Assembly (NCBI GenBank): GCA_963762145.1
Contig: CAVXJS010000016.1
Location: 1-64,000 of the forward strand
Length of the DNA: 64,000 nucleotides
Reading direction: 5' to 3'
Origin: an uncultured Candidatus Rokubacteria bacterium
GTDB taxonomy: Bacteria > Methylomirabilota > Methylomirabilia > Rokubacteriales > CSP1-6
In this document: in pieces, positions 32,655 to 42,126 of the stretch
Position numbering within the stretch: position 1 is the stretch's first letter
How the letters are laid out: every line of letters starts with the position of its first letter
The notes under the pieces: generated by a model
Seen by the model: the letters and a program-made list of their open reading frames with translations, nothing else
Databases searched by the model: none
What the model was told of the DNA's origin: nothing
Made by a program: the position numbers and the translations under genes

Positions 32655-32915
32655 CTAACCTCTCTTGTATTCGCTCGGCTCGCCTTCGGCTGCACCTCGC
32701 CCATCACTAACCTCTCTTGTATTCGCTCGGCTCGCCTTCGGCTGCACCTCGCCCATCACTAACCTCTCTTGTATTCGCTCGGCTCGCCTTCGGCTGCACC
32801 TCGCCCATCACTAACCTCTCTTTGTATTCGCTCGGCTCGCCTTCGGCTGCACCTCGCCCATCACTAACCTCTCTTGTATTCGCTCGGCTCGCCTTCGGCT
32901 GCACCTCGCCCATCA
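32655..32915 (-). repeat. Intercistronic tandem repeat, 5 x 52 bp (one copy 53 bp), MIRU-like
   Basis: Unit on minus strand: TGATGGGCGAGGTGCAGCCGAAGGCGAGCCGAGCGAATACAAGAGAGGTTAG. Copies start at + coordinates 32655, 32707, 32759, 32811 and 32864; no spacers. Confidence 0.97.
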
Positions 32916-34115
32916 GATGATCTTGCGCGCGGCGAGGGAGTCGATCTCCGCGGCGGTGAAGCCGGCCTCGGCGAGGACGTCGCGGCTGTGCTCGCCGAGC
33001 AGGGGGGCCGGCGTCCGGATGGTCCCCGGGGTCTTCTCGAGCTTCACCGGGGTCGCCACCGTCTTGAACGTGCCCGCCCGCGGATGCTGCTGCTCGGTGA
33101 TGAATCCGGTGGCCCTCACCTGCGGGTGGCGGACCAGCATGGGGTAGTCGTTGACCGGCGCGCAGAGCACGTCGGCCTGCTCGAGGACCTCCATCCAGTG
33201 GGCCACCGGGCGCGCGCGGAACACCGGGGCGAGGATCGTCTCGAGCTCGCCGCGGTGGGTGAGGCGATCCTTTCGCGTGGCGAACCGGGGATCGGAGCCG
33301 AGCGCATCCATGCCGACCGCCTTGCAGAACGGTAGCCACAGACGCTCCACCCACGCGGCCACGAAGAGCCAGCCGTCCGTCGCCTGGAAGGCCTGGTAGG
33401 GCACGATCTCGGGATGGCCGCTTCCGTAGCGCGGCAGCGTCTCGCCGGTCTCGTGGAACACGGAGAGACGCGCGGTGTGGGCGAAGAGCATGCCGTTGAG
33501 GAGCGAGGCGTCCACCCGCTGCCCCTGCCCGTTCGCGGCGCGCGCGATGAGCGCGGTCAGGATGCCCTGGATCGCGAGCATGCCGCCCAGCGTGTCCGCC
33601 ACCGGCGCGCCGCACAGCACCGGGCCGCCGTCGGGCTCGCCGGTGATGGCCATCAGGCCGCCCAGGGCCTGGGCCAGCGAGTCGAGGCCGGGCTTCTCGC
33701 TCCAGGGTCCGTCGGGGCCGAACGCGGAGATCGAGCAGTAGATGAGCCGCGGGTTGGCGCCCTTGATCGAGTCGTAGTCGATGCCCAGCCGCTCCGCCAC
33801 GCCGCCGCGGAAGCCCTCGATGATGACGTCCGCCCACGCGGCGAGCCGGCGGAAGGCCAGGCGACCCTCCGGCTGCTTGACGTCCAGGCAGATTCCGCGC
33901 TTGTTGCGGTTGACCGTGAGGTGCAGCACGCCCTCGCCGTTGCGGACCGCTCTGGGATAGACGGACCGGCCGGCGTCGGGAGCCTCCCGCGACTCCACCT
34001 TGACCACGTCGGCGCCCATGTCGGCGAGATACATGCCGCAGATCGGCCCCGCGATCAGGTGGGCCAGCTCGAGGACCCGCACGCCGTGCAGCGGCGGGCG
34101 CAGAGGGTCGGCCAT
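32913..34115 (-). CDS. Family III CoA-transferase (CaiB/BaiF)
   Basis: VLEL...IAGP, LADMGADVVKVE, NRNKR, RLIYCSISAFG and APLLGEH. Confidence 0.92.
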   Translation of the reverse strand: MADPLRPPLHGVRVLELAHLIAGPICGMYLADMGADVVKVESREAPDAGRSVYPRAVRNGEGVLHLTVNRNKRGICLDVKQPEGRLAFRRLAAWADVIIEGFRGGVAERLGIDYDSIKGANPRLIYCSISAFGPDGPWSEKPGLDSLAQALGGLMAITGEPDGGPVLCGAPVADTLGGMLAIQGILTALIARAANGQGQRVDASLLNGMLFAHTARLSVFHETGETLPRYGSGHPEIVPYQAFQATDGWLFVAAWVERLWLPFCKAVGMDALGSDPRFATRKDRLTHRGELETILAPVFRARPVAHWMEVLEQADVLCAPVNDYPMLVRHPQVRATGFITEQQHPRAGTFKTVATPVKLEKTPGTIRTPAPLLGEHSRDVLAEAGFTAAEIDSLAARKII

Positions 34116-34137
34116 GACCGCATCACCCTAGCACAGT

Positions 34138-34941
34138 TCAGCCGCGGCTGGTCCGCATCAGGGCGGCGGTGAACTCCGCGCCCAGGATGAAGACCACGCC
34201 CGAGTAGTAGGCGAACATCGCCAGCGCCACCAGGACGCCGAGCGGGCCGTAGACCTGATCGTAGACGCCGAACGACAGGATGTACCAGCGGAAGAGCTGC
34301 TTGGCCGCCTCCCAGAGCACCGCGGCGAGCAGCGAGCCCGCGAGCGCCGCGCCGACCGGGACCCGCCGGTGCGGGAAGTAGCGATACGGGACGAAGAAGA
34401 AGGCGGTGCTGAGGGCCAGGGCCAGCACGAGCGACCAGGAGCGTATCCAGTGGGTCGGGATGCCCATCGTCTGGAAGAGCAGGATCCGGAGCCAGCCGAA
34501 GACGTCGCTGATGACGAGGCTGCCGAGGAACAGCACGCCCATCGCCACCACCATCACCATGTCCCGCAGCATGCCGCGCAGGAAGCCGGGGCCGCCCCGG
34601 AACCCGAAGATGTCGCTCAGGACCACCCGGATCGAGTTGAAGAGCTGGCTGGCGAAGAGAAGCAGCACCGCAGTGCCGAGGAGGCCGGACAGCCGCCGCC
34701 GCCGGATGATGGCCGCGACCGCTTCGTGGAGCTCGCTCTTGTACACCGGGACGATCGCGGAGAGGTGGTTGAGGACCGCGTCCATCACGGTGCGGCGGCT
34801 CAGCACGAAGCCCGCGACCGAGACGAAGAAGAAGAGGAGCGGGATGAGGCCCACCATGAAGTTGAAGGCGAGCCCGGACGCCAGGAACATCCCGCGGCGG
34901 GCGCGGAAGTTCGCGGCCGCGGTTCTGAGGGCCCCGATCAC
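34138..34941 (-). CDS. YihY/BrkB family membrane protein
   Basis: ASGLAF, LWEAAK.LF.WY, YG.LG and ILGAEF. Confidence 0.85.
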   Translation of the reverse strand: MIGALRTAAANFRARRGMFLASGLAFNFMVGLIPLLFFFVSVAGFVLSRRTVMDAVLNHLSAIVPVYKSELHEAVAAIIRRRRLSGLLGTAVLLLFASQLFNSIRVVLSDIFGFRGGPGFLRGMLRDMVMVVAMGVLFLGSLVISDVFGWLRILLFQTMGIPTHWIRSWSLVLALALSTAFFFVPYRYFPHRRVPVGAALAGSLLAAVLWEAAKQLFRWYILSFGVYDQVYGPLGVLVALAMFAYYSGVVFILGAEFTAALMRTSRG

Positions 34942-34951
34942 CAGCCCGCGC

Positions 34952-35743
34952 CTACACGACGCTCCGGATCAGGCCACCGTCCACCTGTACCGCGGTGCCC
35001 GTGATGTAGGACGCGCGCGCGGAGGCGAGGAAGACCACCATCGCCGCGAACTCCTCCGGGGTGCCGATCCGCCCCATCGGGATGTCCGCGGAGGAGAGCG
35101 CCATCTGCTGGTCCATCGTGATGCCGGCGCGCTTGGCGCGATCGGTCTGGTGCTCGATGAAGCGGTCGGTCAGGATGCGACCCGGCAGCACCAGGTTGAC
35201 CGTGATGTTGTCCTTGGCCAGGTCCCCCGCCAGCGTCTTGAACAGGCCCGCGATGCCGGGGCGGATGCCGTTGGAGAGGACGAGGCCATCCACCGGCTGC
35301 TTCACCGAGCTCGACTGGATCGCCAGGATCCGGCCCCAGCCCGCCTTCTTCATGTGCGGCAGGACGTCTCTGATGAAGCGAACGGTCGACAGGTGGACCT
35401 GCTCGAAGGCTCGGGTCCAGTGCTCGTCGGTCATGCTCTCGAAGGGGCCGGGGGGCGGCCCGCCCACGTTGGCCACCAGGATGTCCACGCCGCCGAAGGC
35501 CCGGTTGGCCTCCGCCACGACCTTCGAGATGTCGGCGGCCCGGCTCGCGTCGGCGGTGAGCGCGAGCACCTCCGCGCCGGTCTGCCGCTTCACCTCGGCC
35601 GCCGCGTCGTTCAGCGCCGCCTCGCCGCGCGCGCACATCACGACCCGCGCGCCCTCGGCGGCGAGCCCCAGCGCGCTCGCCTTGCCCATGCCCTTGCTCG
35701 CCGCCACCACGAGGGCGGTCTTGCCCTTGATGCCCAGATCCAT
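34952..35743 (-). CDS. SDR oxidoreductase
   Basis: MDLGIKGKTALV.AASKGMG, N.GGPPPG, IPMGRIG.PEE and VDGG. Confidence 0.9.
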   Translation of the reverse strand: MDLGIKGKTALVVAASKGMGKASALGLAAEGARVVMCARGEAALNDAAAEVKRQTGAEVLALTADASRAADISKVVAEANRAFGGVDILVANVGGPPPGPFESMTDEHWTRAFEQVHLSTVRFIRDVLPHMKKAGWGRILAIQSSSVKQPVDGLVLSNGIRPGIAGLFKTLAGDLAKDNITVNLVLPGRILTDRFIEHQTDRAKRAGITMDQQMALSSADIPMGRIGTPEEFAAMVVFLASARASYITGTAVQVDGGLIRSVV

Positions 35744-35770
35744 GGGGCCCCCTTTGTCGGCCTGCGTGAA

Positions 35771-36679
35771 TCAGGATGTCTGCTTGTAGAACTCGGCGCG
35801 GTCGCCGCCGGTCACCGACAGCCGGCGAACCTCGTTGTCGCGCATGACCTCGAGGGTCATCTTCTCGCCCGGCGCGTGCTTCCAGAGCGAGAGATAGAGC
35901 TCCTTGCGCGTCGGCACCTCCTGGGCGTTCAGCGAGACGATGACGTCGCCCTCCTGGATGCCGGAGCGGGCGCCCGGCCCGTTCGGCACGAGGCCCGCGA
36001 CCACCACGCCCTCCTCCAGCACGTGGGCGAAGACGCCCAGCCAGGCCCGCTGGGGCCGGCTCACCACGCGGCCGAAGCGCATGAACTCCTGCTGGTTACG
36101 GCGGTAGTACTCGCCCGGGATGGCGAGCGAGCAGCGCGCGATCTCGTTCAGGTTCAGGGAGACGACGCCCATCATCTGCCCGCTCAGCGTGAAGAGCGGC
36201 CCGCCTCCGAAGCCGGGATTGGAGGCGCTCGAGACGATCCCGCGATCCAGCAGATACTCCCAGTAGGCCTCGAACTCTCCGAGATGGGTCACGAGCCCCC
36301 CGGCCACCCGGCGCTCGCGGGGGCCGGTGGAGCCGATCGCGAAGACGGGCTCCCCGCGCGCGAGCAAGTCGGAGTTCCCGATCGAGACGGCCTGGAGGCC
36401 CTGCCGCTTCACGCGCAGCAGGGCCAGCCCGATCTCGAAGTCCTGGGCGACGATCTCGGCCTTCAGGGCCCGGCCTCGTCCCAGGGTCACCTGGATGGTC
36501 TCGGCGCCCATGATCACGTAGTTCACGGTGAGGATGAGCCCGGCGGGATCCACCACCGTCCCGGTGCCCATCCGCTCGTCGCCCAGGATGCGGGTGGAGG
36601 GATGGTTCGAGGGAACCTCGGCGTGAATGTGCACCACCGAGCCGAGCAGATGCTTGACGATCTCGACCGACGCGTCCAT
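35771..36679 (-). CDS. S1C/HtrA-like trypsin-fold + PDZ protein lacking the catalytic triad
   Basis: GTGTVV..G.ILTVNYVI, DFEIGLALL, NPGFGGGPL and PDZ WLGV...GP...GI..GDVI. Confidence 0.8.
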   Translation of the reverse strand: MDASVEIVKHLLGSVVHIHAEVPSNHPSTRILGDERMGTGTVVDPAGLILTVNYVIMGAETIQVTLGRGRALKAEIVAQDFEIGLALLRVKRQGLQAVSIGNSDLLARGEPVFAIGSTGPRERRVAGGLVTHLGEFEAYWEYLLDRGIVSSASNPGFGGGPLFTLSGQMMGVVSLNLNEIARCSLAIPGEYYRRNQQEFMRFGRVVSRPQRAWLGVFAHVLEEGVVVAGLVPNGPGARSGIQEGDVIVSLNAQEVPTRKELYLSLWKHAPGEKMTLEVMRDNEVRRLSVTGGDRAEFYKQTS

Positions 36680-36737
36680 GAAATGAGTGCCGGATCACGC
36701 TAGCATGCGCGGCCCGGCGCGTGCAACGCGGGAGCGG

Positions 36738-37580
36738 CTATCTGAGGTGGCGCGCCAGGAACTGCTCGACCTGGCGATGGGCGTCCGCGGCGGCGTCTGC
36801 CTGGTACGAGACGGTGGCGCCGAGGCCGCCGGGGCGGAAGTGGTTCTCCACCTGGGCCAGCACCTCGTGTCGCTGCCCCTCCACGTCGAAGTAGTGATAG
36901 GCGCCCGGGTAGACCACGATGGTGGCGTCGGCGCCGCGGCCGCGCATGGCGTCGACCATCTCCCGGCAATGGACCGCCGGGGTCCAGTCGTCGGCCTCCC
37001 CGATGAGCACCAGCAGCGGCCGGACCACCTGCTCCTTAACCAGCGAGGAGCAGTCCGGATAGACTCCGATGGCCGCCGCGAACCCGGTGGCCGGCAGCGT
37101 GACGCCTCGGCGCCGGGCGCGCTCCAGACTCGGGCCGTTGATCGTCGCCATGGAATAGACCGCGCCCTGCGACCAGCCGATCGCCGCCACCCGGTCCGCC
37201 CGGACCTCGGGGAGCGATTGCAGATAGCGCAGGGCGCCGAACGTGTCGTCGAAGCGCGCGCTGATCGGCGGATCGTCCGGTCCCGAGCGGCAGTCGCCCT
37301 TCTCGCCCCGCGGCCCGAGGCTGTCCACGACCAGGGCCACGTAGCCCCGCTCGGCCAGCCAGCGCGCCCAGCGGAATGACTGCGCCTCGATGCCGGCGCA
37401 GCCGTGGAGCTGCACCACCGCCGGAAACGGGCCGGGGCCGGTGGGCCGAACGAGCGTTGCGGTGATCGTCAGCGGGGCGCCGGGTGTGATGTTGGGAAAG
37501 CGGACGGTCTGGCGTGCGCTGGACGCGGCGCAGCCCGCGAGGAGAGTCGCCGCCATCACCGCCGCCGCGAGCCGGTGCAC
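36738..37580 (-). CDS. Dienelactone hydrolase-family lipoprotein
   Basis: Lipobox LAGC; LHGCAG, GWSQG, GEADDWTP and YPGAYH.FD. Confidence 0.87.
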   Translation of the reverse strand: MHRLAAAVMAATLLAGCAASSARQTVRFPNITPGAPLTITATLVRPTGPGPFPAVVQLHGCAGIEAQSFRWARWLAERGYVALVVDSLGPRGEKGDCRSGPDDPPISARFDDTFGALRYLQSLPEVRADRVAAIGWSQGAVYSMATINGPSLERARRRGVTLPATGFAAAIGVYPDCSSLVKEQVVRPLLVLIGEADDWTPAVHCREMVDAMRGRGADATIVVYPGAYHYFDVEGQRHEVLAQVENHFRPGGLGATVSYQADAAADAHRQVEQFLARHLR

Positions 37581-37686
37581 GGGGCAAGGATATCAGGAGA
37601 CCGCGCGCCGCCGCGCCCGCAGGCCCTGGGGTAGAATGCCCCCCGGAGGGGATCCAGGCCATCCGGGGGGCGAACGAGTCGGGCCG

Positions 37687-38181
37687 ATGAGCGACGAGCC
37701 GTCGAGGGAGACGCGCGCGGAAGCGCAGCGACATTTCCAGCAGGGCTACGAGGCCCAGATGCAGGGACGCCTCGAGGAGGCGGTGGCGCACTACCAGCGG
37801 TCCATCACGCTGCATCCGACCGCGGAGGCCCACACCTTCCTCGGGTGGGCGTACAGCCATCAGGGGCGGCCCGACGACGCGATCGCCCAGTGCAAGATCG
37901 CGATCGCGGTGGACCCGGACTTCGGGAACCCCTACAACGACATCGGCGCCTACCTGATCGAGCTCGGGCGTGAGGAGGAAGCGGTGACCTGGCTCGAGCG
38001 CGCGAAGCAGGCGACCCGCTACGAGCCGCGCCACTATCCGTACTTCAACCTGGCGCGCATCCACATCAAGCGTCACGAGATCCTCGCCGCCATCCGGGAG
38101 CTCGAGGGCGCGCTGGCGATCGAGCCGCGGTACGTGATCGCCCGGAAGGAGCTGCACCGGCTCCGCGGCCTGCTCAATTGA
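37687..38181 (+). CDS. TPR protein
   Basis: AEAHTFLGWAY, DPDFGNPYNDIGAYL and YFNLARI; stop overlaps the polB TTG. Confidence 0.85.
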   Translation: MSDEPSRETRAEAQRHFQQGYEAQMQGRLEEAVAHYQRSITLHPTAEAHTFLGWAYSHQGRPDDAIAQCKIAIAVDPDFGNPYNDIGAYLIELGREEEAVTWLERAKQATRYEPRHYPYFNLARIHIKRHEILAAIRELEGALAIEPRYVIARKELHRLRGLLN

Positions 38182-40483
38182 CCTCGATCCCGCTGCCGTT
38201 CTACGACAATCCCCTGCTCTTCGGCCACGACCCGGCCGGTGGCCTGCTCGCCTACCGCCCCGCCGACAGCCACGTCACGGTCTACTCCCGGCGTGAAGGC
38301 GTCGTCACCACCACCGACGAGCCCTTCCGGCCGTTCCTGCTCCTGGCCGATCCGGAGCTCCTCAAGGAGCTCAAGGGCGACGTGGAGGTGACCCCGCTCG
38401 ACGGCGACGGCGTCTACCGCTGGCTCGCGGAGTGCCCGTCCTGGTCGCAGGCCCTCCGAGTTCGCGACCATTGCCTGCGCGTCTCCGGCCAGAGCGCGGG
38501 AGCGCCCGCGGCCCCGTACCGGTTCCTCAACGATCCGGTGCACCAGTTCCTGCTGCGATCCGGGAAGACGTCGTTCCTCGGCATGGCCTTCGGCGACCTG
38601 CGGCGCATGGCGCTCGACATCGAGGTCACCACCGCGCCCGGGTTCGAGTTCCCGAACGCGGCGCGCGAGTCCGACCGCATCATCGCGATCGCGATGGCCG
38701 ACTCCACCGGGTTCTCGGCCGTGCTGTCGGGGGCCGAGCATGTCCGAGGCGCAGCTCCTGGCCGAGTGCTCGCGCATCCTCCGCGAGCGCGATCCCGACG
38801 TGCTGGAAGGCCACAACATCTTCCGCTTCGATCTGGAGTACCTGGAGGCGCGAGCCCGCCGGCACCGCGTGCCGCTCGCGTGGGGCCGCGACGGCTCCGT
38901 GCTGCGCGGCTATCCCTCCCGCATGCAGGTCGCGGAGCGCGCGATCGGCTACCGGCGCTACGGGGTGGCCGGCCGCCACATCGTGGACACGTGGATCCTG
39001 GCCCAGCTCTACGACGTGGGCGCGCGCGACCTCGAGTCCTACGGCCTCAAGGACGTGGCGCGGCACTTCGGGGTGGCCGCGCCCGACCGGACGTATCTCC
39101 CGGCCGAGGAGATCCCGCGCATCTTCGTGGAGGACCCCGCGCGGCTCATGGCCTACGCGCGCGACGACGTGCTGGAGACCCTGGCGATCTCGGCCATCCT
39201 GTCGCCGCCCTACTTCGTGCAGGCCCAGGCCCTGCCCTTCGACTACCAGACCACCGTGCTGCGCGGCAACGCGACCAAGATCGACGCGCTGCTGATGCGG
39301 GAGTACCTGCATCGCCGCCAGGCGGTGCCCGCTCCCGGCCAGGGCCGGGGCGTCGCGGGCGGCTACACCGCGATGTTCCAGCAGGGCGTGGCCCGCGACG
39401 TCCTGCACGTGGACGTGACCTCGCTCTACCCGTCGCTGATGCTCGGCCAGGGGTTGTTCCCGGCCTCCGACCGGCTCGGGGTCTCCGCCTCCCTGCTCCG
39501 CGACCTCCGCGAGTTCCGCGTCTCGGCCAAGCGGCTGGCCCGCGACGCGGCCGCGCCGGAGGACCGGATCTTCCTGAACGCGCTCCAGCAGACCTTCAAG
39601 ATCTTCATCAACTCCTTCTACGGCTACCTCGCCTTCTCGCAGGGGCACTGGAACGACTTCGACGTGGCCAACCGCGTGACCGGCGAGGGCCGCCGGCTCG
39701 TGCAGGCCCTGCTCGACCGGCTCGGCGAGCTGGGCGCCACCGTGATCGAGGTGGACACCGACGGCATCTACTTCGTCCCGCCCGCGCCGGACGCCTCCCG
39801 CGCCGCCGCGGTCTCGGAAGAGCGGCTGGTGGGCGAGCTGTCGGCGATCCTCCCGGAAGGGATCCAGCTCGAGCTCGACGGCCGGTACGTGGCGATGCTC
39901 AGCTACAAGATGAAGAACTACGTGGTCCTCGACGAGCGCGGCAAGCTCCTGATCAAGGGCTCCGGCCTGCGCTCGCGCGGCATCGAGCTCTTCCAGCGGC
40001 TCTGGATGGAGGAAATGTTCCGCCTCCTCCTCACCGGCCGCCGGGACCGAGATCCCGGCCCTGGCGCATCGCTGGGAGGAGGACTTCCGGGCCCACCGCG
40101 TGCCGCTGAAGCAGTTCATGAAGACGGAGACCCTGCAGGAATCCCTCGGGGCGTATCGCCAGAAGCTGCAGGCGGGCGCTCGCAACGTGGGCGCGGCCTA
40201 CGAGCTGGCCCAGGGCTCGAGCCGGACGTACCAGCCGGGCGACCAGGTCTCCTACTATGTGACGGGCGATTCGAAGCGGGTCTCGGTCAACGAGGCGGCC
40301 AAGCTCGCGGCCGAGTGGAGCCCCTCCGCGCCCGACGAGAACACCGCCTACTACGTGGCCAAGCTGCAGGAGCTCTACGAGAAGTTCCGGCCGCTGATCG
40401 AGCAGGACGGCCTCGCGCCCGTCGTGGAGGCCGAGCCCGAGCCCGCGCCCGCCGCCCCCGTGCAGGGCAGCCTCTTCGACTGA
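38178..40483 (+). CDS. polB: Family B DNA polymerase with 3'-5' exonuclease (frameshifts near 38740 and 40048)
   Basis: ExoI ALDIE, ExoII GHNIFRFDL, ExoIII YARDD; polymerase motifs DVTSLYPS, K..INSFYG, VDTDG and KNY; C-terminal QGSLFD. Confidence 0.88.
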
Positions 40484-40490
40484 CGCGCCT

Positions 40491-41471
40491 TCACCAGACG
40501 AGCGAGAGCTGACGCGGTCGCGCGGGCGCTTCCGCGCGCACTCGATCGTCCCGGGTGCGGGCGGGAAAGCCGACCTCCGCGGCGAGCCGCGCCACCCGGC
40601 GCTCGATGTCCTCGCGGTAGGCGCGCGGGGCATTGCCGGGGACCGGATAGAGCGCGCGATAACGCGCGAGCGCCCACGGGACCTCCCGCTGCACGAACTC
40701 GAGGAAGAATCGCCAGGTCATCTCGGTTCGCAGGAAGAGCGCCTGGGAGATCGCCTCGCGCGCGCCCGCCGCGAGGGCGGCGGCGAGCAGCTCGCGCAGG
40801 CCCGCGTCGCCGTCGGTCAGCAGGGGCAGCACCGGCATGAGGAAGAGGCGCGCGCGAATGCCGTCGGCGGAGAGCGTCCGCATCGCCTCGAGTCGCAGAT
40901 CCGGCCGGGGCGCCCGGGGCTCGATCTGCCGGAGGAGCGCGGCGTCGAGCGAGATCAGCGAGACGTTCACCCACAGGTCCGAGGCGCGCGCGATGCGGGC
41001 CAGGAGCTCGCGATCGCGCAGGACGCCGGTGGACTTGGTGGTGAGGCCGATGCGGAGCCCGGGGACGCGCGCCATCACCTCGAGCACGCCGCGGGTCACC
41101 GCGAAGCGCGCTTCCGCCGGCTGGTAGGGATCGGTCGCGGTGCCGATGGCGATCTCCTGCCCGGTGTCGCGGGCGCGGATCAGGCTGCTCAGCAGTCGGG
41201 TGTTGCCCGCCTCCTTGACGTAGATGCGCTCCTCGAACTCTTCGGGATCTCCGTGTCCGAGGTACTCGTGCGTGGGACGGGCATAGCAGTACCGGCACCC
41301 CAGCTCGCACCCGCGAAACGGGTTCACGGTGAAGCCGAAAGGCATGCTCTCGCCGGTGAGGCGGTTCAGCAAGTTCTCCGACTTGAGCGCCTGGAACGTC
41401 ACGCCCCGGCGATTGTCGACGACTCCGCCGAGACGCTTGACGAAGCCCGGAGCCGGCCGCGGGTTATCCAT
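40491..41471 (-). CDS. Radical SAM protein, spore-photoproduct-lyase-related (PA0069/Rv2578c-like)
   Basis: NPFRGCELGCRYCYA, GTATDPYQP.E, TTKS, EP.AP...RL and MPVLP; C-terminal QLSLVW. Confidence 0.85.
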   Translation of the reverse strand: MDNPRPAPGFVKRLGGVVDNRRGVTFQALKSENLLNRLTGESMPFGFTVNPFRGCELGCRYCYARPTHEYLGHGDPEEFEERIYVKEAGNTRLLSSLIRARDTGQEIAIGTATDPYQPAEARFAVTRGVLEVMARVPGLRIGLTTKSTGVLRDRELLARIARASDLWVNVSLISLDAALLRQIEPRAPRPDLRLEAMRTLSADGIRARLFLMPVLPLLTDGDAGLRELLAAALAAGAREAISQALFLRTEMTWRFFLEFVQREVPWALARYRALYPVPGNAPRAYREDIERRVARLAAEVGFPARTRDDRVRAEAPARPRQLSLVW

Positions 41472-41516
41472 ATACTGCCCATGTTACTCTCCACATGACG
41501 AGTAGTACAATCCTAG

Positions 41517-41551
41517 AAAAAACCCCGGGGAGCCTACGTGGATCCCCGGGG
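41517..41551 (-). terminator. Intrinsic terminator of the RRM gene
   Basis: CCCCGGGGA-N11-TCCCCGGGG stem followed by TTTTTT. Confidence 0.8.
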
Positions 41552-41561
41552 CCGAAGTCTG

Positions 41562-41903
41562 CTATCGCCGCCAGCCGCCTCCGCCGCCTCCGCCGGGCCG
41601 GCCACCACCGCCACCACCCCGAGGTCCGCCACCACCCCCGCCGCCGGTGCGCTGGGGCTGGGGCCGCGCCTCGTCCACGACGAGGTTACGATCCCTGAAG
41701 AGTCGGCCATTTAGCATCTCGATGGCCTTGGCGAGCTCTTCCTTGGTCGCCATCTCGACGAAGCCGAAGCCCCGGGGCCTGCCGGTGAACTGATCGGTAA
41801 CAATGCGGACGGACTCGACCGTCCCGGCCTGCTGGAACAGCTCACGCAGGTCTTCTTCTGTCGCCTGGAAGGAGAGATTGCCGACGAAAAGCTTTGCAGG
41901 CAT
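41562..41903 (-). CDS. RRM RNA-binding protein with a Gly-rich tail
   Basis: KLFVGNLSF (RNP2), RGFGFVEM (RNP1), GGAGG SD and ATG 41903. Confidence 0.92.
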   Translation of the reverse strand: MPAKLFVGNLSFQATEEDLRELFQQAGTVESVRIVTDQFTGRPRGFGFVEMATKEELAKAIEMLNGRLFRDRNLVVDEARPQPQRTGGGGGGGPRGGGGGGRPGGGGGGGWRR

Positions 41904-42017
41904 TGCGAAACCTCCTGCCGCGATCAGGACCGAGTAGACTCCCTCCCGGCTCGCCAGCGGCGTCAAGGAAAGCCATCCGCTCGCGGGTCTCGCCAGGCGG
42001 GCCCGCAGCGTGGCGAT

Positions 42018-42046
42018 ACCCTACTGATGGTCCTACCACCTGTCAA
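42018..42046 (-). promoter_or_regulatory. Sigma70-type promoter of the RRM gene
   Basis: TTGACA-N17-TAGGGT. Confidence 0.6.
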
Positions 42047-42126
42047 GCGAATCTTGCGGCAGAATGTTCCTTATTTCACTACGTTATGCCCTTACTCGGC
42101 CAGCGCTTCAGCGCAACAAAACTTGC

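Noticed and set aside
32655-32915. CRISPR array
   Set aside because: Units are contiguous and identical with no unique spacers; no cas genes in the window.
38178-40483. Prophage or casposon/pipolin suggested by PolB
   Set aside because: No integrase, Cas1, structural genes, terminal repeats or compositional shift; flanks are ordinary chromosomal genes.
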